A program made the translations under genes and the position numbers. The notes below the pieces were generated by a model. That model was not told where the DNA came from, ran no database searches, and saw nothing but the letters and a program-made list of their open reading frames with translations. 46,575 bases of DNA from Gammaproteobacteria bacterium (GTDB lineage: Bacteria > Pseudomonadota > Gammaproteobacteria > Eutrophobiales > Eutrophobiaceae), in the NCBI GenBank assembly GCA_038922895.1, contig JBCKWF010000001.1, positions 1 through 46,575 on the forward strand, given 5' to 3'. Position 1 is the stretch's first letter. Each line of letters begins with the position of its first letter. Below, piece by piece: positions 28,140 through 37,542 of the stretch.

Positions 28140-29354
28140 TTACATCCCTACCAACTGGTTCATCTCGAATATAGGCAACAGTATGGCCAGCACGATGACC
28201 AGCACGATGCCACCCATAACCAGTATTAACAACGGTTCAATCAATGCGGTTGCGGCAGACACCGTGGTTCCAAGTTCACGTTCATAATGGATAGCGGCAC
28301 GCTCCAGCATACTTTCCAGCTCACCACTCTCTTCGCCTGCAGCCAGCAGGTGTACCAGCAACGACGGAAAGTATCCGGTCCGCTTCAGCGTATCATGTAA
28401 ACGGCCTCCTTCCCGCACCGTTACAGCCGCGCCCAGCACGGCCTCGCGTATTGGCATATTGCTGATCACCTGCGCCCCGATATGCAGGGCTTCGAGCAAG
28501 GGCACACCGCTGCCCGTCAGGATAGCCAGCACCCGGGCCAGACGCGCTGTATTAATAATACGATACAAGCTGCTGATAAACGGCAAGCGCAACAGCAGCT
28601 TGTCACGCTGGTAACGTACCGCAGGACGTCGCAGCATATATACCGACAACATGCCGAGCCCTGCAATACCGGCCAGCAGATACAGGCCGTTGTTTCTGAC
28701 AAAATCGCTGCCGGCAATCAGACCACGGGTAAGTAGCGGTAATTGCTGACCGGTCTGTTCAAATACCTTGATGACTTCAGGCACTACATAGGTCAACAGG
28801 GCTATTACTATCAACACTGCAACGATAGTCAACAGGACCGGATAGATCAGCGCGACGCCGAGTTTATGCCGCAGATGTTGTTGCTCTTCCGTATAGTCGG
28901 CCAGTCGATCCAGGATTTCATCCAGGCGACCACTGGCTTCACCTGCCTCGACCATGGCCCGGTACATTTCGGGAAACGTACCAGGAAACTTTCCCAGTGC
29001 TTCGCCAAGCGAGAGGCCTTCTGATATATGTGCGCGTACTCCGGTAATGACGGATTGCAGGTTACGGCGGCTGGTCTGTTCACCCAGCGCACGCAACGCC
29101 TGCTCCAGCGGCATGCCCGCACGCACCATTGTTGCAAGTTGACGGGTCATCAGGGCAAGGTCTGCTGTAGATACCGACTGTCTGAATCGTTGTGATACAC
29201 CAGCTTCACTATGCTCAGCTACCCGCTGGACGTCCAGCGGAAACAGTCCCTGCCCACGCAACCATGCACGTATCTGACGGGGGGAATCACCAGCTAGCAC
29301 CCCCTTGCGGGACCGCCCGCCGGCATCAAGTGCATGGTATTCAAACGCGGCCAT
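28140..29354 (-). CDS. gspF: type II secretion inner-membrane platform protein F
   Basis: 404 aa, with two GspF-type repeats and three TM segments. Starts 1 nt after the gspE stop. Confidence 0.92.
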   Translation of the reverse strand: MAAFEYHALDAGGRSRKGVLAGDSPRQIRAWLRGQGLFPLDVQRVAEHSEAGVSQRFRQSVSTADLALMTRQLATMVRAGMPLEQALRALGEQTSRRNLQSVITGVRAHISEGLSLGEALGKFPGTFPEMYRAMVEAGEASGRLDEILDRLADYTEEQQHLRHKLGVALIYPVLLTIVAVLIVIALLTYVVPEVIKVFEQTGQQLPLLTRGLIAGSDFVRNNGLYLLAGIAGLGMLSVYMLRRPAVRYQRDKLLLRLPFISSLYRIINTARLARVLAILTGSGVPLLEALHIGAQVISNMPIREAVLGAAVTVREGGRLHDTLKRTGYFPSLLVHLLAAGEESGELESMLERAAIHYERELGTTVSAATALIEPLLILVMGGIVLVIVLAILLPIFEMNQLVGM

Positions 29355-29355
29355 G

Positions 29356-31005
29356 TCAAACCTGCGTTACTCGCAGCACCTCTGCCAGACTCGTCTCACC
29401 GGCAACTACCCTGGCGATTCCGTCAGTACGGAGACTACGCATACCTTTATCGCGAGCGAGCTTGCGTAGCGTCTGCTCACCGTGGTTGTCGTGAATTAAC
29501 TGGCGAATCTGTTCATCCACTATCATCAATTCGTATATGCCCGTGCGGCCGCGGTAACCGGTATAACTACAGGCTTCACAGTTACCGGGGTAATAAATGG
29601 TCAAAGGAGTATCCTGTTCTACTCCGATCAGTTGATGTTCACCTGCATCGGCGCTATGTGGCTGACGGCAGACTAGGCAGAGTTTACGCACCAGGCGCTG
29701 GGCCATCACCCCGACCAGGCTGGAGGCGACCAGATACGGTTCTACTCCCATATCGACCATACGGGTGATGCTGCCGGCCGCATCATTTGTATGCAGGGTG
29801 GAAAAAACCAGATGGCCTGTCAGGCTGGCCTGTACCGATACCTCCGCTGTTTCCAGGTCACGGATCTCACCGACCATGATGACATCAGGGTCCTGTCGCA
29901 GTATGGCGCGCAAGCCTCTCGCGAAAGTCATACCGGTTTTTGTATTGACCGGGATCTGTCCGACACCTGCGAGCTCATATTCAATCGGATCCTCGATAGT
30001 GATGATATTCACTTTAGGGTTACGCACCTGCTGCAAGGCGGCGTACAGAGTTGTGGTCTTGCCGGATCCGGTCGGTCCGGTGACCAGAAAAATTCCGTGC
30101 GGTGAACCTAACAGTCCACTAAAAGCGGAACTGATATCTGCAGGCATGCCAATCTGTTGCAGTGATAATGGGCCCTGTTCTTTTTCCAGCACACGCAAGA
30201 CTATGCGCTCCCCATAATAGGTGGGCAGTGTGGACACACGCACGTCAACCATCCTTCCCGCCAGCCGCAGACTGATACGGCCATCCTGCGGCACACGCCG
30301 CTCGGCAATATCAAGTCGTGCCATTACCTTGATCCTGGCCGCAATCCGTCCGGCCAGCGCACGTGGGGGCTCGACCACGTCACGCAGCATGCCATCGACA
30401 CGGTAACGGATGACCATATGTGACTCGAACGGTTCCACATGAATATCAGATGCACCTTCCTCGATTGCCTGGGTCATTACCGCATTCAACAGGCGGATAA
30501 TGGGTGCATCATCCTGGTTATCCAGCAAGTCTTCGGGCAGCGCCGCCGAGGCAGTTTCCAGATCGACTGAGTCGCCCAGATCCTCAACCACATCCGCTGC
30601 CGCACCGGTCCGTTCAAAGGCACGCTGCAAGGCACGATTAAATGCAGTTACGCCAATCAGCACTGGCTGTATACCGGAACCAAACTCTGCCTGGACTTCA
30701 AGCCAGGTGGCCCAGGTCACGTCGGGGCGCAACCAGATAACGGTAATGTCTGATTCCCGATAGGCCGGCAGTATTCCCAGACGGCGGGACTGGCCAAATC
30801 CGAACATTGAGGCGAGGGACTGATCCAGCTTGCTGATATCGGGGTGTTCATCCCATAGCCAGCCCAGTTGCCTGGCGCGTTCGATGAGTGCTGATGCAGA
30901 TTCGGGGGAGACGGGTTCAAACTCACTGATCACAGATTCAGGCTTGCCGGTCGCTGATACCAGCCCGTTGTCTTCAGCCGGCACCTTGCCAGCCCTTAGG
31001 TTCAT
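29356..31005 (-). CDS. gspE: type II secretion ATPase E
   Basis: Walker A GPTGSGKTT, His box HLVFSTLHTND, and C-terminal tetracysteine CLVC...CEAC. The ATG at 31005 forms an ATGA overlap with the gspD stop. The ORF-track start at 31068 lies inside gspD. Confidence 0.93.
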   Translation of the reverse strand: MNLRAGKVPAEDNGLVSATGKPESVISEFEPVSPESASALIERARQLGWLWDEHPDISKLDQSLASMFGFGQSRRLGILPAYRESDITVIWLRPDVTWATWLEVQAEFGSGIQPVLIGVTAFNRALQRAFERTGAAADVVEDLGDSVDLETASAALPEDLLDNQDDAPIIRLLNAVMTQAIEEGASDIHVEPFESHMVIRYRVDGMLRDVVEPPRALAGRIAARIKVMARLDIAERRVPQDGRISLRLAGRMVDVRVSTLPTYYGERIVLRVLEKEQGPLSLQQIGMPADISSAFSGLLGSPHGIFLVTGPTGSGKTTTLYAALQQVRNPKVNIITIEDPIEYELAGVGQIPVNTKTGMTFARGLRAILRQDPDVIMVGEIRDLETAEVSVQASLTGHLVFSTLHTNDAAGSITRMVDMGVEPYLVASSLVGVMAQRLVRKLCLVCRQPHSADAGEHQLIGVEQDTPLTIYYPGNCEACSYTGYRGRTGIYELMIVDEQIRQLIHDNHGEQTLRKLARDKGMRSLRTDGIARVVAGETSLAEVLRVTQV

Positions 31006-32996
31006 TGTTGTGGGACCCCGGTAGCTGGTTGTTGTTGCGGCTGTACAACCGGACTGATGTATTCCCATTCCTGTAATGGTGGTGATTTCTCCGCAGGTCT
31101 TCCTGATTGCTGCTTACTGGTCAGTTCATCCAGGTATTCATACTTGCGGCGGGTCGGTTCATCCATGTCCGTCGATGCACGTACGATACGCGGCCGCAGA
31201 AATATCAGCAGATTCGTTTTTGAACGTTTGTTGCTTCGATAACGGAACAGATTACCCAGGATCGGGATATCTCCAAGCAAGGGGACCTTCTGCCGGGTCT
31301 GCGAGGTATCATCCTGAATCAGTCCACCCAGCACCACCATGCGATTGTTTTCGGCTATCACAGTAGTTTTCAATGAACGCGTGTTCGTCACGATGTCCTG
31401 GGCCTCACCCCGTTGCGCGACGCTGGAAACCTCCTGGTAAATCTCCATCTTGATCGAGTTACCCTCGGTTATCTGTGGTTTAATGCGCAGAGTCAGGCCG
31501 ACGTCCCTGCGTTCGATGGTCTGAAACGGGCTATTGAGCGCGCTGCCTGCACCAGTCTGGCTGTAGGCCCCGGTCACAAACGGCACATTCTGACCAACCA
31601 CAATCTGCGCTTCCTGGTTGTCCATCGTCAGGATGTTCGGGGTAGACAGGATATTGGTACCACTCTGGCTTTCCAGGGCCCTCGCCAATCCAACCAGATT
31701 GATAATCTCGGTTCCGTCCGGCAGCACCACAGTCCCGTCAATAAAACCGATACTGAGACCGGCCCCGGGTGCCAGCGGATTCAGAGTCACATCCTGGATA
31801 CTGGTACCAAGATCAAATCCGCTGCTGCCAATCACGCCCCGGTTGTCGTTCCTGAGACCATCGGCAGTCTGAAACTGGATACCAAATTCCTTGGCGACAT
31901 CCACGGATACCTCGGCGATCAGTGCCTCGACATAGACCTGCAGGCGGCGCACATCCAGACTTTCGATCACCTGTCTGATTTCATTGAACTCAGACTTGGA
32001 GGCATGCACTATCAACGCATTCGTGTCCGGATCTGCCTTGATAGTAAGCTTTGATACTGCACCGGTTGCCGGTTGCGCACCAGTGTTACTATTCACTGTG
32101 TCCTGCAATACGCTGACCAGGTTTTCCGCATCGGCATTGTTCAGAAAAATTACCTGGGTATCACCGTTATTGTCGGTTGGTATATCCAGATTGGCGAGCA
32201 ATTCCCTGATCTCGGTCCGGGTTGATACATCCGCCTTGATTACCAGACTGTTCGTACGCGGATCCTCCATCACCATAACTCCACTACCCAGTAAGGCCGG
32301 ATCAGCCACAGGCGGATACAATTGCCCGAGCAATTCAGCCATCTGCGCAGCCGAAGCGTGGACCAGCGTGATCACTTCCAGCTCGCCATTCTGTGCGGGA
32401 CGATCCAGTCTTCTGACTATACTGACGATACGATCCACATTTGCAGCGCGGTCAGTAATAATTAAAGAGGAGGATTCGGTGTCAGCCGCCATGTGTCCGT
32501 AGGCGGGCACCAGCGGCCGCAAGATCGGCACCAGCCGTTCCGGATTGACATATTCGAGATGTATTATGCGCGTCTGCATATCATCATTACCGGGCTGTGC
32601 ACCTTCTTCATATACACTGGTATCCCGCACCTTACCCTCTTCTGCCGGAACAATCTTGATCGCACCGTCCGCCTCAATTGTGACAAAACCGTTTACTTCG
32701 AGCACAGACTGGAACACCTTATAAGCCTGTTCCTCAGTCAATGGTGTAGGGGCAACCACCGTGACCTTGCCTTGCACACGCGGGTCGACCAGAAAATTCT
32801 TGCCGGTAAATTCGGCAACTGCCTGTATAACCGCCCGCAGATCCGCATCTTCAAAATCGAAATTGACCTGCGCGGCCGGGACGCTGGTTGTATCGACCGG
32901 TTGGGCCGGGACGCTGTCCGGAACCAGTAACAATATACAGACAGAGACCTGTAGCAGGAGTAAATGATAGCGCTTGATGTACTGATTATGATCCAT
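31002..32996 (-). CDS. gspD: type II secretion outer-membrane secretin D
   Basis: 664 aa with a signal peptide, repeated N-domains, and a C-terminal secretin domain including VPLLGDIPILGNLFR. Confidence 0.93.
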   Translation of the reverse strand: MDHNQYIKRYHLLLLQVSVCILLLVPDSVPAQPVDTTSVPAAQVNFDFEDADLRAVIQAVAEFTGKNFLVDPRVQGKVTVVAPTPLTEEQAYKVFQSVLEVNGFVTIEADGAIKIVPAEEGKVRDTSVYEEGAQPGNDDMQTRIIHLEYVNPERLVPILRPLVPAYGHMAADTESSSLIITDRAANVDRIVSIVRRLDRPAQNGELEVITLVHASAAQMAELLGQLYPPVADPALLGSGVMVMEDPRTNSLVIKADVSTRTEIRELLANLDIPTDNNGDTQVIFLNNADAENLVSVLQDTVNSNTGAQPATGAVSKLTIKADPDTNALIVHASKSEFNEIRQVIESLDVRRLQVYVEALIAEVSVDVAKEFGIQFQTADGLRNDNRGVIGSSGFDLGTSIQDVTLNPLAPGAGLSIGFIDGTVVLPDGTEIINLVGLARALESQSGTNILSTPNILTMDNQEAQIVVGQNVPFVTGAYSQTGAGSALNSPFQTIERRDVGLTLRIKPQITEGNSIKMEIYQEVSSVAQRGEAQDIVTNTRSLKTTVIAENNRMVVLGGLIQDDTSQTRQKVPLLGDIPILGNLFRYRSNKRSKTNLLIFLRPRIVRASTDMDEPTRRKYEYLDELTSKQQSGRPAEKSPPLQEWEYISPVVQPQQQPATGVPQQ

Positions 32997-33007
32997 AATT
33001 GACCCGG

Positions 33008-33928
33008 TTATTCGACAGCAAGATTGAGGTTAATTTCCTTACCATCACGCACCACGCCGACCTTGAACGCGCTGGCAGCACCAAGATTACGGTAAGCATT
33101 TAATGCTTCTTCAACATTGCGGATCGCGGCACCGTTGACAGAATATATAATGTCGTTCTGCTGGATACCAAGCTGCTGAAACACACTACCCTGCTGTAAA
33201 TCAACGATGCGAAAGCCGGCCGGTTCACCATCTTCGCTGTATGGCACGGCGGTGGCCTGCTGCAATAATGCAGGCAGGTTATTTAACTGCTGTTTCAATG
33301 AACTACGTGACATGGTCCATTCATTATTACCTAGCTTGCGTATACCATTATTGAAGCTGATACGGTCCGGTGTACTGGTCCTGGTCGGATTAGTTGACAG
33401 CTTTTTCACTGCCAGATCCAATGCCTCGGTCATCCCGTTACGGCGGATGATGACCCGGCGTGTTTCAATCCTTATAATTTCAGCCCCTTCAATCTGGTCT
33501 TCTACACGGTAGACTTTTTCCTTGTTGTCACCGACCGCGATCAGGGCCAGTCTGTTGTCAGAACCACTGTCTGCCAATATGCCCTTCAGGGTCAGGTTCA
33601 GGCTGGTCTGCTGCAATGGCTGCTGCATTGCGTCCTCGGACATGGCAGATACATTAGCCTTACCAAACATTTGCCTTAATGCAGGCGAGATTCTGTCGGC
33701 GTCTGATTGTATTTGAACAGTTGGCCGGCCCTGGGGTTCGACCGGCACGAACCAGCCGGAACTTGCAGCGGTAGTGCTGCCCGGAACCGACGGGATCAAT
33801 TCACCAGCCAGTCGCGCCAGCGAGACTGCGAGCAGGACAACCAGCACAACCTCGACCCACCTGATGATACGATTCAGTGTCATCTGGTCATGGGCATATG
33901 TGCTTATCAGGTTGGCAACGCGGATCAT
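33008..33928 (-). CDS. gspC: type II secretion protein C (PDZ-containing)
   Basis: N-terminal TM (VEVVLVVLLAVSLARLAG) and a C-terminal PDZ-like region (GFRIVDLQQGSVFQQLGIQQNDIIYSVNG). First gene of the operon. The start could also be the internal ATG, MTLNRII. Confidence 0.8.
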   Translation of the reverse strand: MIRVANLISTYAHDQMTLNRIIRWVEVVLVVLLAVSLARLAGELIPSVPGSTTAASSGWFVPVEPQGRPTVQIQSDADRISPALRQMFGKANVSAMSEDAMQQPLQQTSLNLTLKGILADSGSDNRLALIAVGDNKEKVYRVEDQIEGAEIIRIETRRVIIRRNGMTEALDLAVKKLSTNPTRTSTPDRISFNNGIRKLGNNEWTMSRSSLKQQLNNLPALLQQATAVPYSEDGEPAGFRIVDLQQGSVFQQLGIQQNDIIYSVNGAAIRNVEEALNAYRNLGAASAFKVGVVRDGKEINLNLAVE

Positions 33929-34111
33929 GGTAATTTCAGTTTAAACACGCCCACAGGCATTAGCAATTGCTGATCATGCTGAAAAACCCTGAAATCATCG
34001 CTATTTTCCCTTAATTTACCCGATATGAGGTCTTAACAGGATCTTGATCGGTCTACTTATTGACAAAATATCAGGGATAAACTCCGTCTGATAAACCGGC
34101 AGGGACCAAGC

Positions 34112-34141
34112 AAAATGGGCGTGCCCCGCTGTTCAGGGCAC
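34112..34141 (-). terminator. possible intrinsic terminator after pstS
   Basis: Stem gtgccc (34121-34126) pairs with gggcac (34136-34141) around a 9-nt loop. On the minus strand it is followed by gccca then TTTT. The T-run is short and offset. Confidence 0.35.
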
Positions 34142-34198
34142 ACTTGTGGCAGACTGCGTTGTTGCTATATCTGTCTGCTGATGGTCAACCAGCAGCAG

Positions 34199-35167
34199 CT
34201 ATTGTGCCAGACCTAACTGTTGCCTGGCCACGGTAGCAGGCAAGGGTATGTAACCGTCCTTGATCACCACCATCTGTCCGAGCTTCGACATCACCATCTT
34301 GAGGAATTCTGTTTCCAACGGAGGTAATGGGTTGTTCGGGTGTTTGTTCACATAGATATAAAGGAATCGTGACAAGGGATATTTACCTGCAATTGCATTG
34401 TCAGCAGTGGCCTCGATATAGGGCTCACCCGATTTATTAGCGAGCGGGACTGCGACAACGCCGGAGGTCTTGTAGCCTACGCCGGAATAGCCGATGCCGT
34501 TGATTGATTTGGATATGCCCTGCACGACCGAGGCAGAACCAGGCTGTTCATTCACCGTATTCTTGAAATCTCCCTTGCAAAGGGCATGTTCCTTGAAATA
34601 TCCGTAGGTCCCGGATACCGAATTTCTGCCGTACAGCTGCAGGGGGCGTGAGGCCCAGTTAGCATCAAGACCCAGTTTGCCCCAGCTGGTAATATCTTCA
34701 GCATGCCCACATTTCCGGGTAGCAGAAAAAACTGCATCAACCTCGGCGATGGTCATCCCTTGCAACGGATTGTCCTTGTGCACATAGACGGCCAACGCGT
34801 CGATAGCTACACCAATAGCAGTCGGTTTGTAACCATGTTTACCCTCAAATGCAGCGATCTCACCCTGGGTCATCATCCTGCTCATCGGACCCAGATTGGC
34901 AGTGCCTTCTGTTAATGCGGGAGAGGCCGTGGATGAACCGGCTGCCTGGATTTGTATACTTACATTCGGATACAAGCGTTTAAATTCCTCCGCCCACAGT
35001 GTCATCAGATTGGCCAATGTATCTGAGCCCACACTGATAATATTCCCGGAAATTCCGCTCTGCCTAGTATAGTCAGGCAGTGCAGGATCCATCTCTGTAT
35101 CAGCCAGAACAGCCCATGATCCAACAACCAGTAACAACACTGCGATAATTTTCAAATGAATTTTCAT
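34199..35167 (-). CDS. pstS: phosphate ABC transporter substrate-binding protein
   Basis: PBP-type PstS sequence ([23 protein letters not shown]..., [11 protein letters not shown]). Signal peptide [22 protein letters not shown] starts at the ATG at 35167, with a GGAGA SD 5 nt upstream. Confidence 0.92.
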   Translation of the reverse strand: MKIHLKIIAVLLLVVGSWAVLADTEMDPALPDYTRQSGISGNIISVGSDTLANLMTLWAEEFKRLYPNVSIQIQAAGSSTASPALTEGTANLGPMSRMMTQGEIAAFEGKHGYKPTAIGVAIDALAVYVHKDNPLQGMTIAEVDAVFSATRKCGHAEDITSWGKLGLDANWASRPLQLYGRNSVSGTYGYFKEHALCKGDFKNTVNEQPGSASVVQGISKSINGIGYSGVGYKTSGVVAVPLANKSGEPYIEATADNAIAGKYPLSRFLYIYVNKHPNNPLPPLETEFLKMVMSKLGQMVVIKDGYIPLPATVARQQLGLAQ

Positions 35168-35230
35168 TGTTATCTCCAGATAAACCGTTTTGTACACTAT
35201 ATGATTTGGCCAGGATCATGCATCCGAACC

Positions 35231-35270
35231 ATGATCAGGATATGACACGAATATTAAAATTATGTGACAA
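35231..35270 (-). promoter_or_regulatory. Pho boxes upstream of pstS (four half-sites, 11-bp phasing)
   Basis: Minus strand reads TTGTCAC-ataa-TTTTAAT-attc-GTGTCAT-atcc-TGATCAT. It begins 4 nt after the phoR stop codon. Confidence 0.6.
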
Positions 35271-35273
35271 CGC

Positions 35274-36626
35274 CTAGAATCGGCCTTTTGTCGTCCCTGT
35301 TGGCAAGGCCTTCTCTGTAATCATGCCTTTGCTCAGCATCAGAGAGGCCGGAAACCGGAACCGGAATGTACTTCCGACTCCGGGCTCGCTTTCAATTTCC
35401 AGCCTGGCATTATGTCTGGCGAGGATATGCTTGACGATGGCCAGTCCCAGCCCGGTCCCGCCTTTTTCACGGGAACGCCCTCGATCGACACGGTAAAACC
35501 GTTCGGTAATTCTCGGAATATGTTCAGCACTGATACCTTCGCCGGTATCAGCTACTTCCAGAACGGGCCCCTGTGCATCGGCATACCAGCGAACCGTGAT
35601 TTTTCCGAGATCTTGCGTATGCTGGACTGAATTGAAAACTACATTTGAAACAGCGCTGTAGATCTGGTTGCGGTCCCCTTCCAGCCACAAATCGCTATCT
35701 GCTTCGACCACAAACTGGTGTTTTTGATCCCCGCTGATGGCCCTGGCCTCTTCAATAATGCCATTCAGCAGATCCGGGACCCGGACCGGTTCACGCTGGG
35801 TCTGGGTTTCTGTTGTCTCCAGTGTAGAGAGTTTCAACAGGTCCTCGATCAGGCGCCGCATACGCTCTGTCTGTTTTCGCATCTGCCTGATTTTGGCCCT
35901 GGTTTGACCGCTACCAGCATCGGCAAAATCATCCTCAAAAGATTCAAGATAACCTGAAATAACTGTTAAAGGTGTACGCAGCTCGTGTGAAGCATTTGCG
36001 ATGAAGTCGGTACGCATCCGATTGATACGGTAGATAGTAGTAATGTCTCTCGCCAGCAGCAGTTTTCCCGAATCACCGTAGGATATCAGCCGTAATTCCA
36101 GATTCATGTCCTGGTTAACCGGCGAGATCAGATCCAGGCCCCTCTCTATCCTTTGATTTTTGCCCCTGGTCTCTTTCATGAAGCTGACCAGTGCCGGATG
36201 ACGAAACAGGTTAATCAGCCTCTGGCCCCGGTCCTGAGGATGACGTATTCCCAGATATGGCCTAGCCTTGCTGTTGCTCCACTCAATTACATCATTACTG
36301 CCGAGTACAACGATTGCATCAGGCAATGCCAGGGTTACCTCCTTGAACTGTCGCAGATAGCTGGCCAGTTTCCGCTTCTGTTTTTTGTGGTGATCGCGCA
36401 GCTCGTCATACTGCATTGCAATGGCGCCAAGTACCCCGGTATCGGTTGGTGAATCAGCATCACGCTTGCGATGCATCCACTTCAGCAGCCTGGCAAGGGT
36501 CATATATTCCCAGTAATTATAGGCCAGCAGTCCCGCGAACAGGCAGACAAATACATAGTCGGTCAACACACCGGCCAGCAGTGAAACAAGTAATACGCCT
36601 GAGATACGATAAATATCCTGCTTCAT
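35274..36626 (-). CDS. phoR: phosphate regulon sensor histidine kinase
   Basis: Two N-terminal TM segments, a PAS-like region, H-box SHELRTPLT, and G-boxes DTGEGI and GGTGLGLAIVKH. Lies directly downstream of phoB. Confidence 0.92.
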   Translation of the reverse strand: MKQDIYRISGVLLVSLLAGVLTDYVFVCLFAGLLAYNYWEYMTLARLLKWMHRKRDADSPTDTGVLGAIAMQYDELRDHHKKQKRKLASYLRQFKEVTLALPDAIVVLGSNDVIEWSNSKARPYLGIRHPQDRGQRLINLFRHPALVSFMKETRGKNQRIERGLDLISPVNQDMNLELRLISYGDSGKLLLARDITTIYRINRMRTDFIANASHELRTPLTVISGYLESFEDDFADAGSGQTRAKIRQMRKQTERMRRLIEDLLKLSTLETTETQTQREPVRVPDLLNGIIEEARAISGDQKHQFVVEADSDLWLEGDRNQIYSAVSNVVFNSVQHTQDLGKITVRWYADAQGPVLEVADTGEGISAEHIPRITERFYRVDRGRSREKGGTGLGLAIVKHILARHNARLEIESEPGVGSTFRFRFPASLMLSKGMITEKALPTGTTKGRF

Positions 36627-36647
36627 AAGACGGCAGCGGGGAAGGGC

Positions 36648-37334
36648 TTACTTGAGGGAGAAGCGGTAACCAAAACTCCGGACAGTCTGGATAAATTTAT
36701 CGAAACCGAAAGGCTCCAGCGTTTTACGCAGTCTGCGGATATGGACATCAACCGTCCGTTCTTCCACATAGACATTCTGGCCCCAGACCTGATCGAGTAG
36801 TTGGGCCCTATTATAGACCTTTTCCGGATGTTTTATAAAAAAATGGAGCAGTCTGAACTCTGTCGGGCTGATATCAACGATGGTCTCTCCCGCATTGACA
36901 CGACAGGTCTCAGGGTCAAGCCGAAGTCCCTGGACTTCAATGACATCAAGCGTCTCTTTCTGCGAAGTCCTGCGTATGACCGCACGTATCCTTGCCAACA
37001 GCTCCTTGGTCGAAAAGGGTTTGGTGATATAGTCATCCGTACCGATATCCAGCGCCCGGACCTTGTCGGTCTCCTCACCCTTGGCAGTCAACATGATGAT
37101 TGGAATGTCTTTGGTTTCCATATTCGACCGCAAGCGCCTTGCATAATCGACCCCGCTGACTCCAGGCAACATCCAGTCCATTAATATCAAATCGGGTTTA
37201 CGACGCTCAATTACCAGCCTGGCATCCTCTGTAGTAGCGGCTTCTTCGAAGATATAGCCTTCCTTCATCAGTGCATAGCCAAGCATTTCACGGATCGCCG
37301 CTTCGTCTTCAATTACGAGTATCCGTTCTTTCAT
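36648..37334 (-). CDS. phoB: phosphate regulon response regulator
   Basis: MKERILVIEDEAAIREM... receiver domain with LILMDWMLPG, and an OmpR-type winged helix (RTVDVHIRRLRK, RSFGYRF). I used the ATG at 37334. The 17 extra codons in the ORF track look non-native. Confidence 0.93.
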   Translation of the reverse strand: MKERILVIEDEAAIREMLGYALMKEGYIFEEAATTEDARLVIERRKPDLILMDWMLPGVSGVDYARRLRSNMETKDIPIIMLTAKGEETDKVRALDIGTDDYITKPFSTKELLARIRAVIRRTSQKETLDVIEVQGLRLDPETCRVNAGETIVDISPTEFRLLHFFIKHPEKVYNRAQLLDQVWGQNVYVEERTVDVHIRRLRKTLEPFGFDKFIQTVRSFGYRFSLK

Positions 37335-37438
37335 CTGTGTAATGTAATCAGGCACATTCAGATTTAATGCTATAAATATTACCAATTTGATTAATTTAAT
37401 ATGTAGAAACGATTAAACAATAATAGAAAATGCTTGCC

Positions 37439-37489
37439 TTGTAATATGCAAGCAATCTGATTGTAACAGTACTGTCATATTCATGTCAT
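37439..37489 (+). promoter_or_regulatory. array of five Pho-box half-sites (11-bp phasing) in the phoB/porin divergent intergenic region
   Basis: TTGTAAT-atgc-AAGCAAT-ctga-TTGTAAC-agta-CTGTCAT-attc-ATGTCAT. The last 18 nt closely match the classical CTGTCAT-N4-CTGTCAT box. Confidence 0.7.
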
Positions 37490-37542
37490 ACGCTTCCCGC
37501 GCTGGTTTCATACAGCTTTATTACTCAAATCGGGAGATACCT

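Noticed and set aside
33929-34198. Looked for a Pho box or other operator upstream of gspC
   Set aside because: I found only scattered TTTATCA/TTGTCAA-like words without 11-bp phasing. That is not enough to claim PhoB control of the T2SS operon from sequence alone.
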